Virus record (IMG/VR): IMGVR_UViG_3300031260_000127
Span: 1 to 51,071 of that record
Source of the DNA: a virus
Taxonomy: Duplodnaviria; Caudoviricetes
Length of the DNA stretch: 51,071 bases
Reading direction: 5' to 3' (one strand)
Under the pieces are notes generated by a model. The model saw only the letters and a program-made list of their open reading frames with translations, searched no databases and was not told the origin of the DNA. This document shows, in pieces, positions 44,501 through 51,071 of this stretch; the stretch's first letter is position 1, and every line of letters starts with the position of its first letter. Both the position numbers and the translations under genes were made by a program.

Positions 44501-46293
44501 TGGGAATCTATCGCGGAAAAACGCAGTTTGAGCTGGGAATAGACCAGCGAGAGTTAATCGTGGACAACTTTGCCGGGGGCGGAGGTGCTAGTTCTGGTAT
44601 TGAGGATGCGGTAAATCATCCGGTCGATATCGCCATCAATCACGATCCTGATGCCATTGCGATGCACAAGACTAACCATCCACTGACAAAGCACTACTGC
44701 GAAAGCGTGTGGGATGTGGATCCGGTTGAAGTATGCGATGGTCGTCCGGTTGGGCTGGCGTGGTTTAGCCCGGACTGCAAACACTTTTCAAAAGCCAAAG
44801 GCGGTAAGCCTGTCGAAAAATCCATCCGGGGACTGGCGTGGATCGCCGTTCGCTGGGGTTCCTTGGTAAAGCCAAGGATCATAATGTTGGAGAACGTTGA
44901 AGAGTTCACCACCTGGGGCCCAATAGACGAACAATGTCAGCCGATCAAAGCACGCGCAGGTGAAACATTTGCAGCATTTAAGCTGGCACTATCGACTGGA
45001 TTACCAATTTGTCACGCTGGTTGGTCTGATGTTTATCACTCGATGATGCGCTGCAACTATGACTTACACAAAAAGCTCAGATTGTTCAAAGCGATTAAAC
45101 ATGGATTGGGGTATAGCATTGATCACCGTGAGTTGAGAGCTTGTGACTATGGCGCCCCAACCATCCGCAAGCGTTTTTTCTTGATCGCCAGATGCGATGG
45201 TCAGCCAATCGTGTGGCCTGAGCCAACCCACGGTGATCCCAAGAAGCCAGAAACAAAAGTGAAAAAATTAAAGCCTTGGCGCACAGCTGCTGAGTGCATT
45301 GACTGGTCAATCCCCTGCCCATCGATATTCGAGCGGTCGCGGCCACTGGCTGAAAACACACTGCGGCGCATCGCTAAAGGCATCCAGAAGTTTGTGATTG
45401 AGTCCAACGAGCCATTTATTGTGAAGTGCAATCACACGTCAACAAAAACGCGCTATGAGGCATTCAGGGGGCAGACAGTAAACGAGCCACTGCAAACAGT
45501 AACTCAGTCACCTGGTTTTGCGATTGTTGAGCCGACATTAGCACCATTCATCACCGAACATGCAAACGCTAGCAGCCAGAGAAACATGCCGGCAGACGAA
45601 CCACTGAGAACAATTTGCGCTCAGGTTAAAGGCGGACATTTTGCAATAGTCGCACTCGTCATCGCTCGCCAATTTGGCAACAGCACGGCTAACGACATAA
45701 CCGATCCACTCGGAACCGTCACCGCTGGCGGAGGAGGTAAGTCACAACTGGTGGCTGCATTCCTAGCCAAGCATTACGGCGGCAACTATACCGGTGCTGG
45801 TTCAGCAATTAATGATCCGCTGCATACGGTGACCACAACGGATCACAATGCGCTAGTAACAAGCCACATGATCAAGCTACGCGGTACCAACATCGGATCA
45901 CCCATTACCGAGCCAGTACATACGGTTACTGCCGGCGGGTTGCATCTAGGAGAAGTCCGGGCATTCCTGATCAAATACTACGGGACCAACATCGGGCATT
46001 CGCTCAATGAGCCACTTCAGACGATAACCGCCAAACATCGCTTTGGCCTGGTCATGATCCACGGTGAGCCATACCAGATAGTTGATATTTGCATGCGAAT
46101 GCTTGAGCCACATGAACTGTTCGCTGCTCAAGGATTTGCTAGCAACTACATCATCGATGTTGACAGCACTGGAAAGCGGTATCCAAAGGCAAAACAGGTA
46201 GCACGTTGCGGAAACTCAGTACCGCCACCGCTGGCCACTGCATTAGTGCGAGCAAACTATACTGAGAAAAACAGCATATCTATTGCCGCCTAG
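44500..46293 (+). CDS. C5-cytosine DNA methyltransferase
   Basis: DNFAGGGG, FSPDCKHFS, LENVEEF, RKRFF, CGNSV; repeated (D/E)PLxTVT units. Confidence 0.92.
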   Translation: MGIYRGKTQFELGIDQRELIVDNFAGGGGASSGIEDAVNHPVDIAINHDPDAIAMHKTNHPLTKHYCESVWDVDPVEVCDGRPVGLAWFSPDCKHFSKAKGGKPVEKSIRGLAWIAVRWGSLVKPRIIMLENVEEFTTWGPIDEQCQPIKARAGETFAAFKLALSTGLPICHAGWSDVYHSMMRCNYDLHKKLRLFKAIKHGLGYSIDHRELRACDYGAPTIRKRFFLIARCDGQPIVWPEPTHGDPKKPETKVKKLKPWRTAAECIDWSIPCPSIFERSRPLAENTLRRIAKGIQKFVIESNEPFIVKCNHTSTKTRYEAFRGQTVNEPLQTVTQSPGFAIVEPTLAPFITEHANASSQRNMPADEPLRTICAQVKGGHFAIVALVIARQFGNSTANDITDPLGTVTAGGGGKSQLVAAFLAKHYGGNYTGAGSAINDPLHTVTTTDHNALVTSHMIKLRGTNIGSPITEPVHTVTAGGLHLGEVRAFLIKYYGTNIGHSLNEPLQTITAKHRFGLVMIHGEPYQIVDICMRMLEPHELFAAQGFASNYIIDVDSTGKRYPKAKQVARCGNSVPPPLATALVRANYTEKNSISIAA

Positions 46294-46553
46294 TCATCTT
46301 TCATCTGCATAGGCATTATCTCTGTTTGAAACCGCACATGCTTTGCCAGCATGAAATCCTCACTTTTGTAGTTAATCACCGGGTATGCAAACGTTAGATA
46401 AGCCTCGTTACCGCAACTATAGCATTGGTGCTGCCACTGCTTTGGGTTGCTGTGAATAACCCGGCCACCCTGCACTACCCGCATATAACCGCGCTTGCAT
46501 TCATCGCATAGGAATTCAATTAGTTCCGCCTGTATTTGTTTGGTCTTTCTCAT
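46290..46553 (-). CDS. Counter-oriented small zinc-finger protein (moron)
   Basis: CDEC...HQCYSC; inserted between two MTase genes. Confidence 0.55.
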   Translation of the reverse strand: MRKTKQIQAELIEFLCDECKRGYMRVVQGGRVIHSNPKQWQHQCYSCGNEAYLTFAYPVINYKSEDFMLAKHVRFQTEIMPMQMKDD

Positions 46554-46737
46554 GGACCCGACTCGGTGATTGCTTTTGACAAACTTTATCACGCATAGGG
46601 ACACGCCATGCAACAAGACGATGACGGGAAAATCGAGTGGTCGCTAACAGCAATATTGCTATCAGCAATTTTGATACTTGGCTATTGCGGATTGGTGGCT
46701 GTTGGTGTCGATTCTTGCGATTTATTAAGGTACATAT

Positions 46738-47847
46738 ATGAAAATTTCTGAAAGCCAAGATCAATTACCACTTGGCTATTATCCAGTTGATGGCTGCCGT
46801 GTGCTGATTGGTGACTGTATCGAGCAAATGCGGCAGTTACAGGCTCAGTCTGTCCATTGCTGCGTTACCAGTCCACCATATTACGGTCTGCGTGATTACG
46901 GCGTTGATGGTCAGATTGGGCTGGAGCCAACGCCGGAAGAATTCATTCAAAAGCTGGTTGAAGTATTCCGCGAGGTTCGCCGCGTTCTGCGTGATGATGG
47001 AACTCTGTGGATAAATATCGGTGATAGTTATGCTGCCAATGGTATTCCAGGTAAAAGTAATCTAGCCGATTTAGGTCAGAAATATCGTGGCGGCGGTGTA
47101 AAGCGTGACACTATCGAAAAGCCAAGAAAGCACCTAACTGGCAACCTCAAGCAAAAGGACCTACTTGGCATCCCGTGGATGCTAGCTTTTGCGCTCCGTG
47201 CAGATGGTTGGTATCTACGGCAGGACATTATCTGGAACAAGCCAAATGCAATGCCTGAAAGTGTTCGTGACCGATGTACAAAAGCGCATGAGTACATGTT
47301 CTTGCTGTCGAAATCAAAGCGCTATTACTTCGATCATGAATCCATCAAAGAGCCTGCCAATCTCACAGGTAAAGGCAATGCCAATAGCTTTCGTGGTGGA
47401 GCATACGTCAATAACAGCACATTTGATAATTCTGCAGGCGGCAAACGAACTGTAACCGGAAATACCCGCTCTCGCCGCGACTCATTCAAGCGTGAAGGCA
47501 GCAAGCGAGAACAACAAATCCCTGGGCAGAACTACGGTACACATCGGCAGGAGCGTGACGAATCAGCTTGGGATTTATCAACTCGTAATAAGCGCAGTGT
47601 ATGGAACGTGGCAACACGCGGATATAAAGAGGCCCATTTTGCCACTTTCCCGCCAGCACTAATCGAGCCATGTATTTTGGCTGGCTGTCCAGTGGGAGGA
47701 ACTGTGCTTGACCCATTTGGCGGCAGCGGCACCACGGCAGGCGTAGCGCTGGCAAATGGCCGCAACTCCATCCTATGCGAACTTAATAACGAATACGCCG
47801 AGCTGATGCCGTCACGCATCAAGAGCATCTACAGCGACGCCGCCTAA
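46738..47847 (+). CDS. N4-cytosine/N6-adenine DNA methyltransferase (beta class)
   Basis: TSPPY precedes DPFGGSGTT; HFATFP. Confidence 0.92.
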   Translation: MKISESQDQLPLGYYPVDGCRVLIGDCIEQMRQLQAQSVHCCVTSPPYYGLRDYGVDGQIGLEPTPEEFIQKLVEVFREVRRVLRDDGTLWINIGDSYAANGIPGKSNLADLGQKYRGGGVKRDTIEKPRKHLTGNLKQKDLLGIPWMLAFALRADGWYLRQDIIWNKPNAMPESVRDRCTKAHEYMFLLSKSKRYYFDHESIKEPANLTGKGNANSFRGGAYVNNSTFDNSAGGKRTVTGNTRSRRDSFKREGSKREQQIPGQNYGTHRQERDESAWDLSTRNKRSVWNVATRGYKEAHFATFPPALIEPCILAGCPVGGTVLDPFGGSGTTAGVALANGRNSILCELNNEYAELMPSRIKSIYSDAA

Positions 47848-47853
47848 GGAGTA

Positions 47854-48330
47854 GTGATGAAAATTTCTGATGAAGAACTGCTGCGCATGATTTGGCACAA
47901 CCAGTTGCTGCTAGCAACCGAAGCTGTGCTTTGTGAGTACGTGGGTGAGCGTGTCGGGCTGGTAAATATTCAGGCAAATTTTTGGATGCGCGCAGCAATT
48001 CGAGTCCCGCTATCACAAATTGGGAAACTGAATGCACCCATCTGCGACCAGCAACTGCTCTACAGGCTGCACGAACTAGCCAGGCAGCAACGCATTGTAA
48101 TCGACAGATACCGGCGGTCTTTTTACATCGACTCCCATACAGCGCGTGAGGCCGTGCGCTGCGCGTGGGAATTCTACTTCCGCGCCGGGATACCAGATGG
48201 CTATGACGCTGATAACCGCTGCATGCGAACAGCAACAGTGCCATATCTCAACGCGCTTAAATCATCCTGCCAGCGCCATGTAATGCAGCGCTTTGGCGAT
48301 ATCAGTTTGCAGTCGCTGAAAGCGGCGTAG
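47854..48330 (+). CDS. Hypothetical protein
   Basis: AAGGAG SD; 158 aa. Confidence 0.65.
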   Translation: MMKISDEELLRMIWHNQLLLATEAVLCEYVGERVGLVNIQANFWMRAAIRVPLSQIGKLNAPICDQQLLYRLHELARQQRIVIDRYRRSFYIDSHTAREAVRCAWEFYFRAGIPDGYDADNRCMRTATVPYLNALKSSCQRHVMQRFGDISLQSLKAA

Positions 48331-48332
48331 GA

Positions 48333-48671
48333 GTGAGTATGAGTGAGTTAAAAGTAGCAGAAGCATTTAAAAATATGCTTATAGAGGCTTCAACACCTCT
48401 TATTGCGCCGCATATTGAAGGTGTGTTCGCTGTATTTCAATTAAAACATAAGCCACAAACAAGCTGGATTAGTGTCGATGAACAGTTGCCATCTGAGTCC
48501 GGTAGATATTGGTGTTATGTGGAATATCAGAGTGATTTGGCTAAATCAAGCTATCAATGGAATTGCTTCTTTGGCGTTGTTGAAAAAGTCTTTCATGTTG
48601 ATGGATGTGGAGGTCGTGTGACCCACTGGATGCCATTACCTGAACCACCACTGAACAAACAGGATAGATAA
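48333..48671 (+). CDS. DUF551-like protein
   Basis: WISVDEQLP...VTHWMPLPEPP. Confidence 0.8.
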   Translation: MSMSELKVAEAFKNMLIEASTPLIAPHIEGVFAVFQLKHKPQTSWISVDEQLPSESGRYWCYVEYQSDLAKSSYQWNCFFGVVEKVFHVDGCGGRVTHWMPLPEPPLNKQDR

Positions 48672-48673
48672 TC

Positions 48674-49027
48674 ATGACAGACACAAAAACTATGGTGGCC
48701 GCGCTGAATGTAATCGCTGACGAGCTTCAAGCGATGGAGGGGGTCATTCAGGCCCAGTGTGTACGTGATGCTGCGGTTAAGTTATCGCAGTCTAACGAAG
48801 ATGTTGATCGCCTTAAAAATTCCAACACATTCCTCAAAAACGAACTTGAACAACTCGCCAACTTCAATCCAGATTGGGACCGACTACAAGCCTTAACTGA
48901 AAGTCATCGAGAAGTGTGTACGAAGCTTTCCGCTTATCGTGAATGCTTGAGCGAATGCAATCGGCTTTCAATGGAAGATGGCGGATTAAGTTACGAGTTT
49001 GATAACTACTTCAAAACTGTTGTTTAA
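48674..49027 (+). CDS. Hypothetical coiled-coil protein
   Basis: ORF in operon. Confidence 0.65.
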   Translation: MTDTKTMVAALNVIADELQAMEGVIQAQCVRDAAVKLSQSNEDVDRLKNSNTFLKNELEQLANFNPDWDRLQALTESHREVCTKLSAYRECLSECNRLSMEDGGLSYEFDNYFKTVV

Positions 49028-49053
49028 CCACTTCTTGAAGGTGAGGATGGTGA

Positions 49054-49371
49054 GTGATGTCACTAACACCAGAGCAATACATCGACCGTAATATAGAAGC
49101 TATTTTGTCGAAGATAAAACCATCTGAAAGAGTTGGTGCCATTGGTCCAACACATATTCAAAGAATCCTGCGCATTGGATACAACCAAGCATGCTATACG
49201 CTAGATGAAATGAAGCGGCGTGGATTAATTAAGAATAATAAACCTTGGAATTACGAGTGGGTTGTCATTCCAGGAAGAAAATGTATTTCGACTAATTGTT
49301 GGAACTGCAACGGTACCGGATTCGATAAAGAAGGGAAAGAATGCACTTTCAATGATCAACCTCCTTTCTAA
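49054..49371 (+). CDS. Stand-alone FtsK-gamma-like winged-helix protein
   Basis: IQRILRIGYNQACYTLDEMKRRGLI resembles the FtsK gamma motif QRxxRIGYNRAxxxxxxMExxG. Confidence 0.65.
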   Translation: MMSLTPEQYIDRNIEAILSKIKPSERVGAIGPTHIQRILRIGYNQACYTLDEMKRRGLIKNNKPWNYEWVVIPGRKCISTNCWNCNGTGFDKEGKECTFNDQPPF

Positions 49372-49384
49372 TTTTACGAGGTGA

Positions 49385-49699
49385 GTGATGGCTGAATTAA
49401 AACCATGTCCATTTTGTGGTTCTACAGATGTTGGCGGAAGTCAATGCAAAATTTACTGCTACGTCTGTAATGCTGAAATTAGAGGAGAAACCACAGAACA
49501 AGCAGCAGTTAAATGGAATACCCGCGCACTAACACCAGCACAGCAACATGCTGATGAAATGTACCTGTGTTTACAGGAAGAATTAGAGTTAATCCAAGAT
49601 GCAATATCACAGCTAACGCTAAAATCCGCGCTGTTTAGTTCTGTTGTAGAGCGCATTGTTAAGGATGATGAGCTACTAACCAAAGCGCGAGGTGACTAA
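49385..49699 (+). CDS. Lar-family restriction alleviation protein
   Basis: ELKPCPFCGS...CYVC...AVKWNTR. Confidence 0.75.
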   Translation: MMAELKPCPFCGSTDVGGSQCKIYCYVCNAEIRGETTEQAAVKWNTRALTPAQQHADEMYLCLQEELELIQDAISQLTLKSALFSSVVERIVKDDELLTKARGD

Positions 49700-49827
49700 T
49701 GGCCTACGGAGAAAACACTAAAGTTTCGCAGATGGGCAGCATCAGTGAAATTGAACGCACGTTACCCTGGATTGACCACGTAATCAGCAGCGGTTCACTA
49801 CCGCCGCTATTACCGAATTTGGAGTGA
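49699..49827 (+). pseudogene. 42-codon ORF, possibly an internally deleted phage gene
   Basis: MAYGENTKVS..SEIERTL joined directly to PWIDHVISSGSLPPLLP; GAGG SD; TAATG overlap. Confidence 0.4.
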
Positions 49828-49830
49828 GTT

Positions 49831-50049
49831 ATGGCAGAACCAATTCCAGAAATGACGTTTCTCACAGAGCAAGACATTGAGTACATTACCGGGGCCAAAC
49901 AAGCCGCTCAACAAATTGCTATCCTTAACAGAAATGGCATTTCTCATATCGTGGACAAACACGGTAAACCAAAGCTAACTTGGTACCACCTTAATAATCC
50001 GCACCGGTTAACTGCGGCTAACGATGGTCCAGACTTCACAAAAATTTAG
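49831..50049 (+). CDS. xis: Excisionase-like protein (DUF4224-like)
   Basis: FLTEQDIEYITG..Q..L..NGI...GKPKLTW; directly upstream of int. Confidence 0.75.
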   Translation: MAEPIPEMTFLTEQDIEYITGAKQAAQQIAILNRNGISHIVDKHGKPKLTWYHLNNPHRLTAANDGPDFTKI

Positions 50050-50057
50050 GTGTTGCT

Positions 50058-51071
50058 ATGGCTAGGACACGAACAAATAAAGCTGATAATAATCTTCCTA
50101 AGCGCGTATATCGAGGAAGAAGCGCTTATGAGTGGAAGCCAACACCATCTCAGACTGTAAAACTCTGTGGACTAGATGCGCCAATATCTGAAGTTTGGCG
50201 CTGTTGGGAAGAAGCGAGTAATGAGGCTTCTGAAAAGTCAAAAGTTCATAGCCTTATTTCACTATTTATTGGCAGCGCTGACTTTAAAGAGCTAAGCCTT
50301 GAAACTCAGAAAGACTACCGCAAATACTCTAAAAATATTCTGGCTGTATTTGGAAAAATGCACGTTGATAAAGTTGAGCCGCAGCATGTACGCATCTATA
50401 TGGATAAACGTGGTTTAAAAAGCCGCGTTCAGGCTAACAGGGAACACGCTTTCTTTAGTCGCTGCTACCGCTATGGTTATGAGCGAGGATTATGTAAAGG
50501 TAACCCATGTAAAGGCGTGAGAAAGTTTAAAGAGAGCGCCAGAACTCGTTATGTTACTGATATCGAATATCAGGCACTTTACGATCATGCGGATGATGTT
50601 GTTAAGGTCGCTATGGAATTAGCATATCTCTGCTGCGCTCGTCAGCAAGACGTATTATCTATGCGCACCAGTCAAATACTTGATCATGGTATTTTCATTG
50701 CTCAAGGTAAAACTGGTGTTCAGCAAGTAAAGCTATGGACTACCCGCTTACGTTCAGTAATTAAGATGGCAAAAACCTTGGCTAACCCTGGTATAAGTTC
50801 AACTTATGTACTGTGTAAGCCTGACGGTGGTAACTGGTCAAGGGATGGTTTTAATAGTCGCTGGGCAAAGGCTAAAAGCAATACTAGGTTAGCAACAGGG
50901 TTACCGATAGACTTCACTTTCCACGATCTAAAAGCAAAAGGTATTAGTGATTTGGAAGGTAATCTACAGGATAAACAGGCGATATCAGGCCACAAAAATA
51001 TTGGTCAGACCGCAAGATATGATCGCAAGGTAAAAGAGGTCCCGGTAGTTGGTGGAGAGCTAAAAAAGTAG
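50058..51071 (+). CDS. int: Phage integrase (tyrosine recombinase)
   Basis: CARQQD (R), QGKTG (K), FHDLKAK, SGH, RYDR. Stop TAG is the last three bases of the window. Confidence 0.93.
   Translation: MARTRTNKADNNLPKRVYRGRSAYEWKPTPSQTVKLCGLDAPISEVWRCWEEASNEASEKSKVHSLISLFIGSADFKELSLETQKDYRKYSKNILAVFGKMHVDKVEPQHVRIYMDKRGLKSRVQANREHAFFSRCYRYGYERGLCKGNPCKGVRKFKESARTRYVTDIEYQALYDHADDVVKVAMELAYLCCARQQDVLSMRTSQILDHGIFIAQGKTGVQQVKLWTTRLRSVIKMAKTLANPGISSTYVLCKPDGGNWSRDGFNSRWAKAKSNTRLATGLPIDFTFHDLKAKGISDLEGNLQDKQAISGHKNIGQTARYDRKVKEVPVVGGELKK

Larger units (their letters stand above)
1..51071. mobile_element. Temperate lambdoid (HK97-like head, lambda-like tail) phage genome, apparently complete
   Basis: Full module set in lambdoid order (att, tail, head, packaging, lysis, Q, replication, cro/cI, early genes, xis-int). 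No host housekeeping genes seen. Confidence 0.95.

Noticed and set aside
3727-51071. Additional DGR target (second VR)
   Set aside because: No other copy of the TR was noticed by eye. A self-BLAST with the TR would be needed to exclude a degenerate copy.

Overview
The window is essentially one complete temperate lambdoid (HK97/lambda-like siphovirus) genome. The host is probably a gammaproteobacterium, which is an inference from gene families only. Left to right: an att site carrying the 3' half of tRNA-Leu(UAA) (109-165) flanked on both sides by arm-like repeats; a complete diversity-generating retroelement (DGR) on the minus strand; tail genes J-I-K-L-M-H-G/GT; head and packaging genes; a rearranged lysis cassette; a second tyrosine recombinase; Q, replication and cII/cro/cI genes; a HipA-like kinase/DUF3037 pair; an early region with three DNA methyltransferases; and xis-int, which ends exactly at base 51071. 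The DGR consists of a tail-fibre target 2354-3724 with VR 2366-2482, avd, TR 1812-1928 and an RT. All 17 TR/VR mismatches fall at TR adenines. The TR lies in frame inside the 5' end of the RT ORF. A moron block between tail genes K and I carries an Imm-like protein, a C4-antisense-RNA-controlled Rha/antirepressor and a HicBA-like pair. A cos-like sequence sits between the endolysin and spanin genes. Product names come from motif recognition and synteny; no database search was run.
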